From Octopus bimaculoides (lineage: Eukaryota): a DNA stretch of 64,000 nt. A model generated the notes under the pieces. The model made no database searches and was not told the origin of the DNA. It was given only the letters and a program-made list of their open reading frames with translations. The stretch spans positions 19,464,343 to 19,528,342 of the forward strand of contig NC_069004.1 of NCBI RefSeq assembly GCF_001194135.2, in the 5' to 3' direction. Position 1 is the stretch's first letter; every line of letters begins with the position of its first letter. Shown in pieces: positions 38,800 through 51,260 of the stretch. Position numbers and translations under genes: made by a program.

Positions 38800-40027
38800 A
38801 AAAGAAGAAAATAACATTCTTTTCTATCCCACTCGTGGCTAATTTATTATTTTTAAACTTCTGTATGACTGAAATCTGTATTTTCGATGTGATACGTGCA
38901 TGTATATATGTCCTTGTCTGAGAGCTTAAATCAGAAACACCTCTTTCTTCAATATTTCACATTTGTCGTAAAAGTGACGAATACCATCACCATAACTCGC
39001 TAACATCTGTTGGGAGAGATGTGTAGAATAGTAAGCCACCCTGCAGCTTCGTTTTTTGTGATAAACCAACATCTTTATCACCATCTGTTGGCGACGACCG
39101 AACAAGGGAGCCTCTATGTAATTATTCGATCTACAAGATATCATCAGTATTCTTTAACGTCCGTTTTTCCATGCTGGCATGGGTTGGATGGTTTGACCAG
39201 AGCTGGCAAGCCGGAGAGCTGCACCATACTCCAGTCTGATTTGGCTTGGTTTCTACGGCTGGATGCCCTTCCTAATGTCAACCACTTTACAATGTGTGCT
39301 GGGTGCTTTTAACATGGCACTGGCACGAGCGATTTTACATGGCATTGGTACAAGACTCTTGCAGGCCAATCTTCTTCACCAGGGGATGTGGCCTTAATGC
39401 CCCTAAATCTCCCTCGGATTACATCTTATATATAATATACATTGGACAGTTAAATCCCTAAAATAATTCATTTAATCATAGTTCTGTTGGATGAAACAAA
39501 GCAACAACATCTGTTGGATACGAATCAGTGTGTAAAATATTTTAATAACTACTTCAGCCTATTCAAAAATTCTGCAAGCATTTCTGATGATGGTGAGAAC
39601 AAGGGAGTGTCTATAAAATTAATGCAAAACAAATATCACTAAGGACTTTAGAAAGCACCAGATTTTAGTCACTATTTACATATCTTTGCTGGTATACATT
39701 GAGAAAAGATGTACATGCTTGATCATCATCATCATTTAATGTCTGTTTAGCATGCTAGCTTGACAGGAGCTGGCAAGGCCAGGGGCCACACATGGCTTGG
39801 TTTCTATGGCTGGATACCCTTCTTATTGCCAACCACTCCACAAAGTATACTGTGTATTTTCACATAATACCATCACCTGTACTTGTTACATAGCACCAAC
39901 ACTTTTTATGTAGGACCATCAAACATGCATTTTCCTTGCTGGCATAGATTAGACATTTTGACAGGATCCAGTAAGCTAGAGGGTTGTGTTGAGCTCCAGT
40001 GTCTCTTTCGGCATGTTTTCTATGACT

Positions 40028-40228
40028 CTCTTTAGTCTTTTACTTGTTTCAGTCATTTGACTGTGGCCATGCTGGAGCACCACCTTTATAGTCGAGCAAA
40101 TCAACCCCAGAGCTTATTCTTTGTAAGCCTAGTACTTATTCTATTGGTCTCTTTTGCCAAACCGCTAAATTACGGGGACGTAAACACACCAGCATCGGTT
40201 GTCAAGCAATGCTGGGGGGAACACACTA

Positions 40229-40309
<81 letters not shown>

Positions 40310-40474
40310 CACGACAGGCTTCTTTCAGTTTCCATCTACCAAATCCACTCACAAGGCTTTGGTCGGCCTGAGGCTATAGTAGAAGACAGTTGCCCAAGGT
40401 GCCACGCAGTGGGACTGAACCCGGGACCATGTGGTTGATAAGCAAGCTACTTACCACACAGCCACTCCTGCGCC
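40028..40474 (-). mobile_element. Full-length SINE family A
   Basis: Reverse complement of the 14653-15068 copy, with a long internal (TA)n. Confidence 0.9.
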
Positions 40475-41539
40475 TATACACACGACTGGATACCCTTCTT
40501 AATACCAACCTCTTTACAGAATGCACTGGCTGCTATTTTTTGTGGCACCAGCACTAGTACGATTGTTCAGTTATGTTCTTTAGTTCATGAATTAATATTA
40601 TGCACTGCATGCTTTACTCTAAAGCATATGTATACTGAGTTTTAACAGCTGGTTATTAGTTTTGTTATACCTAAGCGAAATCATAAAATATATCATCATC
40701 ATCATTTAATGTCCATTTTCCTTGCTGGCATGGGTAAACCATGGGACAAAGTACTGAAGGTCAACCTCAGGACAATGAACCTTGTCTAGCACCTTGCTGT
40801 ACTCAAGAAGGTCTGTCCTCTACAGCAGAAGTTTTAATGCAGCCCCCCCTCTTCTCCCACCCCCGATGAAGAGGATTGGACTGTAAGAGCCCTGTGCCAG
40901 TACTATGTAAAAAGCACCCAGCACTCACTGTAAAGTGGTTGGCATTAGGAAGGGCATCCAGGTGAAACCAGACTAGAACTTGGTGGCAGCTCTCTGACTT
41001 CCCAGCTCTGGTCAAACTGTCCAACCGATGCCAGCATGGAAAATGGATGTTAAAAGATGATGGTTATATCTATTTATATATAGGTATGTATGTATGTATA
41101 ATTCTTTTTGGGAATAGTGCATCTTGAAGCACACACATGAGAAGCTGTAAATATTGGGTTAAAAAATCTTTTGAATAGAAAAACTCTTTTCACATAGTTT
41201 CTGTCTGTCAGCTACTCACAAGGTATCTGTCAACTTGTTGCTATATAAGAAGGCTCTTTTCCAAGAGGCTGTGCAGTGGGATCAAATTTACAACCACATG
41301 ATCACAAAACAAACTTCTTAAGCTCATGGTCATGCCTGGTACCTAGCTGTTGAGACAAGATACAAGATTATCAAGGAACATCTTCAGACATAGGATGGTA
41401 TCCTATCAAGAAGGGATTTATTCTTTACCTACTTTTAATTATCGAAACAATTAAGATAGCTTTCACGTTCCTGTTTGTAGGTGCCTCTGAAATTTTCTGT
41501 GGCAAGCTGGTCCCTACTAGCATGTCATTAGAAAGTTGG

Positions 41540-42700
41540 ACCAAGTGCTTAGTGGCATTTCTTCCTGCTCTTTAATTCTGGGCTCAAATTCCACCAAAGT
41601 AGACTTTGCCCTTCATCCTTACAGAATCAGCGAAATAAGTACCAGTTGAACACTGGGTTCGATGTAATTGACTACCCACTGCCCACAAAACTTCAGGCCT
41701 TGTGCATATAGTAAAAAGGATCATCATCCTCCTGCTCAACAACAAGGCAGTGAGCTGGCAGACTCGTTAGCATGCTGGGCAAAATGCTTTGCAGCATTTC
41801 ATGTATCTTTACGTTCTGAGTTCAAATTCTGAGTTCAAATTCTGCTGGGATCAATAAAAGAAGTACCAGTTGAGCACTGTGGGTCCCTCCCCCCAAATTG
41901 CTGGCCTTGTGCCAAAATTTGAAACTATTGTTATTATTGAGTGAGAGAGCAGCGCATGCCATCAAAGTGACACTGGAGTACAAATATACGAAGCCCAATA
42001 TACCCATCATGACTACCCGTCTGATAACGGTACACCAGGCACATGCATCACAACCATATGTGCACAACATGGTAATTTCATATCAAGATAAACAGCACAT
42101 GACCTAATTATTATTATTATTACCTCCGCCTTAGCGAAGGCGGAGGAGGTGTTGTTTTCAGTCATGTTTGTTTGTTTGTTTATGGACAAGATATCTCAAG
42201 AACCACTAGATGGATTCAGATGAAACTTTCAGGGATGTTTGGCCTCGTGACTGGCACAAACTGATTAGATTTTGCGAGTGATCCGGCACTGGACAAGGAT
42301 TCTGGATTATTTTTCTTTTTTTTTTTTTTTACTTAAGTTTTGAGAGTGGTTGGGTTCAATTTTAGTATTCTCATATGTGAGTTTATTTCAGTTATTCTCA
42401 TTTTAAACATCATCTCTGGCTAATCGTTGGGAGGACGTTGGTGTTGCCTTGGTAGAGGTTTGCACTCTCTGATTGCTTTTATTATTATTATTATTATTAG
42501 TACCATGCTGTACAAAATGCGTAGAGGTATTTTGCCTGTTATATTCTTAGTTCAGATTCTGCTGAAGTCGACTTTACCTTTCATCCTTTCAGGGTCGATA
42601 AAATAAGTATCAGTTATGCACTGGGATCAGAGTAGTCAACTTAATCCCTTCCCCCAAATTTGAGGCCTTGTGCCTACAGCAAAAAGGATTATTATTATTA
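41540..42700. mobile_element. Cluster of three family B SINEs and one (AAT)n-tailed retroposon fragment
   Basis: Plus-strand B copies at about 41540-41720, 41745-41935 and 42500-42700. A minus-strand fragment at about 41938-42110 ends in ctctctcactcaataataa. Confidence 0.7.
42121..42480 (+). mobile_element. Non-autonomous Helentron (HINE/DINE-1-like)
   Basis: 5' hairpin cctccgcctt-agcg-aaggcggagg, (GTTT)n microsatellite, central aagatatctcaagaaccactagatggattcagatgaaactt, 3' subTIR ggtagaggt followed by hairpin gcactctctgattgc. Inserted in a T-rich (ATT)n site with no TSD. Confidence 0.8.
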
Positions 42701-43963
42701 TCATTATTGTTATTAAAATATGAGTGTTTGAGCAATAATTTCTATTATTACAAATTATTTGTAAGAGTAGAGTGTAGTCATGTGAATTTATGTGTTGATT
42801 TTAGAAGGATGAACAAGAGAAGGTTGAAACTATTGAAATAAATTTTTTATTTGGTACTTTAACCACTTCAGCCCTCTTAAACAATATTATCATAATCAAA
42901 TATGAGTAGACTGGACGCTGAATGCACGGTTGGCAACAGGTTTTATGAGAAAGACACTGTGATATAATGCTACACCCTTCTCTCAGTTTGATGACTCATT
43001 GTTTCTCTGTTGTTGGTCTAAATACTGGGGTTAGTCTGTACAAACCAATCCTTTAAATGAGCAACATGGAACATGACGTTAAAATATGCAGTTCTGAGGT
43101 AGAGAGAATAAGTTACATAAAAATCACCTACTGCTACTAACTGCTGAGAGGTGATAGCTTAGTTTTGGGGTTTGGGAAGGGGCAGAAGTTGAATGGGTCA
43201 CGATCTCTCTCTGAAATAAAGAGTTTCTTTTAGCCAAGGCAGGAGCCTCCTGTATGTAGTCACTTGACTTTCCAGAAATAGCAGCCAAATCTTCCTTAAA
43301 TCACACCCTGTTGACTCTTATTTATAAAGAAGTGTGATTAATTCCTATGTTCAGTCATTGTTGGAATGCTTTTTGTCTGCTTATCGAGTCTGCTTGATAA
43401 AGGCTGAGCTGGGATTAAATAAATTCCTTTTCTCCCAAGAGGCATGTGTAAGAAGTTCAATCCTGTAAAGCAGGCACATATGGACAGGCTCTAGATTCAA
43501 TGATGGGGATCTGTTTTGGCTTATGGACATATAATTGTGAATGGATACTCTGTACAAGATGAATAGATGTGTCATAAAACCAAGGTGCCATGTAAAAAGC
43601 GCTGGTATGGGTGATGGTGACACATAAAAAGTGCCCGGTATCCCCTGTAAAGTGGTTGGCATAAGGAAGAGTATCCAGTTGTAGAAACCAGGAGCCTGAT
43701 GTGGCCCCTGGCCTTGCCAGTTCCTGCAGAGATGGCAAGAAGTGTGCTGTGTGTGTACATGTCTGTTTATATCTGCTTCTCCAAAAAGCCCTCAGCTATG
43801 AGCAGCAAAATTGCTACCATGTTCTCTGTCAATGGGGTGTCCACTGGCCTTGTACCTTCAAAGACACATGGAATAAAGATATCCCTTACTTGAAAAACAA
43901 GGATTAACAACAGGAAAGGTATCCAGCTGTAAAGCAATACTTCAATGATATATTCATCTAACT

Positions 43964-44468
43964 CAGGGGTGGGGAAAACTTTGTGGTGGGCAAAAATTTC
44001 CAAAGAAAAAGGTTCGCGGATGGATCACAAGTTCTCACTCTTATATCTATGTAAATGCTGTATATATCTATGTATAATTTGATATACATTAATAAAGATA
44101 AGTTTAACACATTAAATTGACACATAACATCTTCATTAATGTCACCACTGAATTTAGGACATATTATGATTTATACTATATTTTTCAGTTAGAGTGTAGT
44201 TGGGTGTCAAGGGGGTGATACAAACCCAGTAATATGTGTTTTATAGTGAAAGCAAAATTTCCATTCAAATGGCAATTGAGCGATGATTTTCTGTTTAAGT
44301 TGTAGTGGAAATGTGACCTATGTTGCAAATAGGCATATGAGTATTGTATAAATTTCATAATTGAAAAATTTACTATATTTTGTACGTACAAGCATACCAA
44401 CCTGTGAGTGCAATAAAATGGGCTCACGGGCGCAATTGTGCCTGCGGGCGGTGGTTTCCATGCTCTTG
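43964..44468. mobile_element. hAT/Charlie-type non-autonomous element, 505 bp
   Basis: Termini caggggtggggaaaact and gcctgcgggcggtggtttccatgctcttg. 8-bp TSD atctaact / atttaact (7 of 8 match). Confidence 0.8.
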
Positions 44469-45519
44469 ATTTAACTCCTGCAAGTATGAGGAAAATGGAT
44501 GTAAAATGAACAAATAAATATTTAAATAGGAGACAAACACTGAGAACACTGTACAGCTTCATTTATCAACCACCCACCACACCCTTTGTCCCCAGTATTC
44601 CTATAAGAGTTTCCACTGCTTTGAGAGGACGGGTAGGGTATATATACTGCCCACATAAAAAAGCACTGGTTTAGATGAAGCAAAACCGAGACTGAACTAT
44701 GAAATTAGTAGAATCTGAGAAAACTACTGATATTCTCTGTTAAACAAATACAGTTTTTTATCTTCTACATATTTCAGTCATTAGAATGGAGCACAGCCTT
44801 GATGAATTTTCAGTCAAATGAACCTGCCCCAGTACTTATTTTTTTAAACCTGGTATTTATTCTGTTGGTCTTTTTTGCCAAACCACTGAGTTATGAGAAC
44901 ATAACACACCAACACCAGTTGTCAAGCAGTGATGGAGGACAAACACAGGTATATATGTGTGCGCTCAATGTGTCACACAGTGGGACTGAATCCGGACCCA
45001 TGTGGTTCTGAAGCAAGCTTCTTACCACACAGCTATGTCTGTGCCTGTATACAAATAGTTGAAACAATAGAATAAATATTATGCTATGAGGAAGAAGAGA
45101 GGTCTAGCTTTTGAAGTCTAATCTTTTGTTAAAGAGAGATACAGGAATAACCTACTCTTACCATGTTATTGTTTTGCAACGAAAGATTTTGCTTGTGATG
45201 TTTGATTTCTCTTCTTCACGGCCTTTTTAATTCATATTCTGCTGTTTGAATTATTTGTGAATGAAGTTATTCTTTCATAACAAAGATCAGGTGTTATATG
45301 GGAACATACTGTGGACTTGTGCAGTTCATGGGAGAATAAGAAAAAAAACCTGATGCTAAAGTTTCACACACACACACGCACACACATATATTTAAAATAC
45401 AAAAATTTTGATTTGTTATGAATGAAGCGAGTTGTATACTCAATGAGTTACACTGTATTTGTACATATGTATATGTCTGTATGTATGTATATATGTTTAC
45501 ACATACATATATATATTCG

Positions 45520-46066
45520 AAATGAGGTGACCAAAGGTTAGGGGTGATGTGGTCACAGAAATTGTCTGACAGCCATGACTGGGTTCTCCTGCTTGTGCGG
45601 CATGGTGCAGAGTCCAGTTGCCAGACATAGGATCTTCCAGCTGCCACCCTCTTGATTTAGGACACACTGCCTCTTCCAGGCACTTGATGTAGGCCTCCAT
45701 GTTGAGTCTAAGGCCATGTGGGAAGATGAATGGAGACATAATGTTACCATCACTAGTGATCACTCTAAACACATGTTGTTGATTGGATGTTTGATTTTTA
45801 CCACTCTTGGTACATATTTTGGGGACACAGCAAGCCAACGGTTGTTCTGTGTGCTCACCATTTGTTCATATTGGAGCTTCTGGCGTGAATGCCAAGCAGT
45901 ATAGCATGTTGTTTCGAAAATTCTGGCAAAATGAATTGCATCATGGTGCTGTTTTTCTCACAGATGGTGCACAACTGACCCTACTATACTGTGTAGTCAA
46001 CAAAATCAAAAGCAAACAATGTATGCATGAAATTAAAAGTATAAATTGGTGACAATTTACCCACCG
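45520..46066 (-). mobile_element. maT-type transposon, internally deleted and truncated
   Basis: TIR cggtgggtaaattgtcacc after TA. Remnants VFRVITSDGNIMSPFIFPHGLRLNMEAYIKCLE and YVWQLDSAPCRTSRRTQSWLSDNF...NLW, with Trp at +27 as expected for DD37D. Confidence 0.8.
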
Positions 46067-46850
46067 TACCATGTGTGTGTGTTTGTGTGTATATATGTAT
46101 GTATGTATGTATGTGTGTATATATATATGTATGTATGTATGGAAAAAGTGATGCTCCAGCGTGGCTGCAGTCAAATGACTGAAACAAGTAAAAGTATAAA
46201 AGAATAAAGGTGCAAGCATGGGTGTGTGGTAAGGAGTTTACTTTCCACCTACATGGTTCCAGGTTCAGTCTCACTGCATGGTATCATGTTCCAACCAACT
46301 TGAACATGAATATGCTTTTCATTGTTGAATTTTGATCTTCAGAGACAACTTCTCCCTTCAGATGATGTAACTTGGCATGTGAATCAGATCTATATATGTC
46401 TAGCCAGTTATATACTTATCTGTGTTTGTCCTTCTATCAATCTTTGCTCGTCTGTCAGTCTATCCACCTGTCCCTCTCTTTCTGTCTGTCTATCTATCTA
46501 TATGCATACATACTATCCCTTACCAAATTTATGGTAATTGTTCCAAAGGAAAAAGTGTTGATTGCAGTGCTATACATTGGCACTCTCACAGAAGGATGAA
46601 CAATGAACATTCTAAGTGGCATGCATTTTAAGAACAGAAGTGAATACTGTATAATGTTCGGGTCCTTGGAACTAATTAGATAGATGTTTTGTACCTTGTA
46701 TCACTGGTAGGGATATTTCAAAGGCGAAACAGTTACATTTAGACCAATTGGGTGTGAATGGTGTATAGCTCTTGCTGGTTCAGTTTTAGGCAAATAACTG
46801 TAGAAGAAATGGCCAAGTTAAACGCGTTGGTGTGCAAGAGGTTCAAATGT

Positions 46851-46891
<41 letters not shown>

Positions 46892-47586
46892 TGAGGAGGG
46901 TATTGGATTTAACCAAACCCCGGAGGATACAGGTAATACCGAGTAAGTGCTGTATACCGATTAGTTTGCCCCAATCGTTGTATGAACAGGATTGGGTATT
47001 ATAAGTCGTGTATTAGCGTGTGTATATGTAAATATATAAAAACAAAGGGATAAAGAGAGCAAAGGNNNNNNNNNNNNNNNNNNNNNNNNNNNNNNNNNNN
47101 NNNNNNNNNNNNNNNNNNNNNNNNNNNNNNNNNNNNNNNNNNNNNNNNNNNNNNNNNNNNNNNNNNNNNNNNNNNNNNNNNNNNNNNNNNNNNNNNNNNN
47201 NNNNNNNNNNNNNNNNNNNNNNNNNNNNNNNNNNNNNNNNNNNNNNNNNNNNNNNNNNNNNNNNNNNNNNNNNNNNNNNNNNNNNNNNNNNNNNNNNNNN
47301 NNNNNNNNNNNNNNNNNNNNNNNNNNNNNNNNNNNNNNNNNNNNNNNNNNNNNNNNNNNNNNNNNNNNNNNNNNNNNNNNNNNNNNNNNNNNNNNNNNNN
47401 NNNNNNNNNNNNNNNNNNNNNNNNNNNNNNNNNNNNNNNNNNNNNNNNNNNNNNNNNNNNNNNNNNNNNNNNNNNNNNNNNNNNNNNNNNNNNNNNNNNN
47501 NNNNNNNNNNNNNNNNNNNNNNNNNNNNNNNNNNNNNNNNNNNNNNNNNNNCAACCTTACCTTTGCTCTCTTTATCCTTTTGTTTT

Positions 47587-47625
<39 letters not shown>

Positions 47626-47722
47626 TCCCCAAAAAGAAAACGAAAAAACACAAGAAAAGAACAACAACACGACATGGTACATCCAAAGTATTAACAGACA
47701 CTCAGGGAAGGAAAGAAAGGTA

Positions 47723-47757
47723 GTTTAATGTTTCGAGCAAAGCTCTTCCTCAGAAAC
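47723..47757 (-). ncRNA. Minimal hammerhead motif in a Penelope-type terminal repeat, probably inactivated
   Basis: Minus strand reads GUUU CUGAGGA A GAGC uuu GCUC GAAA CAU U AAAC. Stem III is ACAU instead of the palindromic ACGU. Confidence 0.65.
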
Positions 47758-47838
47758 AGGAGACATAGGAAAGTCTAAGACAAAAGGAAGACGGAGGGAA
47801 AAAAAAATCGCTAACGATCCACATGCAGTTGCATTTTG

Positions 47839-47878
<40 letters not shown>

Positions 47879-48490
47879 TATTATTATTATTATTATTCTG
47901 CATAGATATGTATGTATATATATTATATATTTATTGTTTATATATATTATGGATATATATGTGTGTATATAATGTATATACACACGCACACACACATATA
48001 TAAATACATACATACACATATATATGTTATTTCTGTTAATGTATGCACTTACTCATAACTATCTTTTTCTGTGTGTATATATAAATATATATTTGTTTAT
48101 GTATACACACTTACATATGTATATATTCATATCTATTTTTGTGTGCGTGTGCACATAAACACACATACACATGCCACCACCCATGTGTATTTATGCACAC
48201 CAAACACACACCAGACCCCCCCCCCCTCATGTATATTAATGCACAAACTGGAATCGTCCTCACAACATCTCTTCGACAGTCAGTGCCCTCAGCAGTGCGC
48301 ATGCGTGTCAAACCAAAGGTCAATAATTGTTCTACTTTTGCAACATTCACCTTGTGTTTTATCTATTGATAACTGTTTATTTTCTTCCCGGTCAGCCAGT
48401 GTTTTTTTTTCTTTTTTCTTTGTAAGGTTGAATACTTAGCTAGTCTTTACTAATATCAATAGTTAAAACTCTAGGTCAGCTGCGTGCGAA

Positions 48491-48558
<68 letters not shown>

Positions 48559-49587
48559 GGTATAAACTCCTGGTAAATTATATATAATTTCTTTTTAAAA
48601 TTTTAAAACTTATCCCTTTAGTGAGTTGTGTGTCTAAATGTAATATCATGAATGTGTGGGGTTATGTGTTCGGTGTTTCAATGAAAGCTTCCAGAAAGTG
48701 TCTTAAGATTCTCGCGGTCTAAGACGTTAGCTAATAGTTATATACACATACCGGATTGCACTGCTTATATTTTATATACTGTATACATTTATTTAATCGG
48801 AGGAAGTTGCAAAGTGAGTCGAGGGTCGAGAGTTTCGTGCGCTTGCATTTATCAAACCTCGCTCCATATATGTATGTGTGTCTATATGTATAATGTAATA
48901 TATATGTGTATAGACACACACACACACATATATAGTATATATAAATACATATTACATATATATCTATGTATTCTGTCGGACTAACGATTGTGAATTAAAT
49001 ATTTGGATATATGTCTGTAAAAATGTGACGCTTATTCTCGTTCTTTTGTTGTCCTTTCTATCAATATATATATATTATATATATACGCGCACACACGTAA
49101 TATATATGGTGGATAATTGTATTTAATTTAATGCGTCCTAAACTGAATTTTAAATTAATTAAAAATCATCCTCTTATTACAATCAAAGCTCTTGATATTG
49201 TTACCAAAATGTTCAAGTGAACCGTTACAATATCTCTATAATCACTATGGAGATCAAAACAAGAATGCGTTATGTACGAAAACGTGTGGGGTGATAGTGG
49301 GAGACGTGTATTACGATCACGGTTAATGTTATGAAAATAAGTGGATCCTAAATTCTTTATAATCGATTGAAATTATCCGCTAATAATCAAAGGCTTTTGG
49401 AAAAGCTATCGCTACATCAAGGGGAAGGAAAAGAGTGCAGGAAAAGTTGTAGGAGGAGCAAATGTGTGAGACATTAAAATTTTTTGGAAAAACATATATT
49501 CAGGATAAATTCATAAAATAGCGATGGCTATTTCAAAACTTCGCCTACTGGTACCCGGTTATCATTACGTGACTTCCACTGCATGTG

Positions 49588-49636
<49 letters not shown>

Positions 49637-50299
49637 NNNNNNNNNNNNNNNNNNNNNNNNNNNNNNNNNNNNNNNNNNNNNNNNNNNNNNNNNNNNNNNN
49701 NNNNNNNNNNNNNNNNNNNNNNNNNNNNNNNNNNNNNNNNNNNNNNNNNNNNNNNNNNNNNNNNNNNNNNNNNNNNNNNNNNNNNNNNNNNNNNNNNNNN
49801 NNNNNNNNNNNNNNNNNNNNNNNNNNNNNNNNNNNNNNNNNNNNNNNNNNNNNNNNNNNNNNNNNNNNNNNNNNNNNNNNNNNNNNNNNNNNNNNNNNNN
49901 NNNNNNNNNNNNNNNNNNNNNNNNNNNNNNNNNNNNNNNNNNNNNNNNNNNNNNNNNNNNNNNNNNNNNNNNNNNNNNNNNNNNNNNNNNNNNNNNNNNN
50001 NNNNNNNNNNNNNNNNNNNNNNNNNNNNNNNNNNNNNNNNNNNNNNNNNNNNNNNNNNNNNNNNNNNNNNNNNNNNNNNNNNNNNNNNNNNNNNNNNNNN
50101 NNNNNNNNNNNNNNNNNNNNNNNNNNNNNNNNNNNNNNNNNNNNNNNNATATATATATATATAATAGAAGTTAGTTGAGGTGAGAGTCATCTTTTCAACT
50201 GCAATGTTTAATTACTTATGATGTGACATCTTATTGGAATTATTTACAGATCTCCTTGGTAATAACATGGCTCGCATTAATCTGAAAACCCAGAGTTAG

Positions 50300-51260
50300 T
50301 AATAATAATTTTTTCTACTATAAGTACAAGGCCTGAAATTTGGGGGAGGGGATAGTCGATTACATCGACCCCAGTACCTAACTGGTACTTACTTTATGGA
50401 CCCTGAAAGGATGAAAGGCAATATTTACCTTGGCAGAATTTGAACTTGGTTGTAGATACTAGGGAAAATACTGCTAAGCGTTTTGTTCTTGGTGCAAATA
50501 ATTCTGCTCGCTTCTTGCTTTAGATAACACTACTTGTAATAATTGCTTGAATTTTTGGTACAAAACCAGTAATTTTAAAGGAGAGGGGTGGTGGTGGTGG
50601 TGGTGGTGGTGGTGGTTTAGTCTGACATTGAACCTTGTACTTGACTGGTACTTCATTTCATTGACTCTGTAGGGGGGAAAGGCAAAGTTGAGCTCAGTAG
50701 GAATTGAATACAGAATGTAAAGGACCAGAATGAATGCCATCAAGCATTTTAATAATAATAATAATAATAATAATGGTTTCAAATTTTGGCACAAAGCCAG
50801 CAATTTCGAGGCTGGGGATAAGTCGATTACATTGAATCCTGTGTTCAACTAGTACTTCTTTTATGGACCTCGAAAGGATGAAAGGTAAAGTCGACCTCGG
50901 CAGAATTTGAATTCACATCATTAAAATGGACAAAATGCCGCCAAGCATTTCACCCGGTGTGCTAATGATTCTTCCATCTTGCCACTTTGGACAATAATAA
51001 TAACTTTTTCTACTATAGGCACAAACCTTGCAGTTTTGTTGGGGAGGGGTAGTCAATTACATCGGACTCCCTCCCCCATTGTTTAACTGGTACTTATTTC
51101 ATTGACCCCGAAAAGATGAAAGGTAAAGTCGACCTCGGCAGAATTTGAACTCAGAACATAGTGATGGGTGAAATTCCGCTAAGCATTTCATCCAGCATGC
51201 TAACAGTTCTGCCTTCTTGCTGCCTTAACGTTATTAATAATGGTTTCAAAGTTTGGCACC
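50300..51260 (-). mobile_element. Head-to-tail stack of 4 full and 1 partial family B SINEs
   Basis: The unit ggcacaag...actggtactt...aaggatgaaagg...gaatttgaac...aagcattt recurs at about 50300, 50530, 50750, 50995 and 51235, each starting at (AAT)n. Confidence 0.85.

Noticed and set aside
24899-39150. Other partial hammerhead matches: ctgaggactggtgaaa (24900), ctgacga...gaaa (29832), cgaaacgtc (35790), ctgatga...gaat (about 39140, minus strand)
   Set aside because: Each lacks a closing stem I or stem II, or one half of the core. They lie in SINE tails or MITE arms, or are chance matches.
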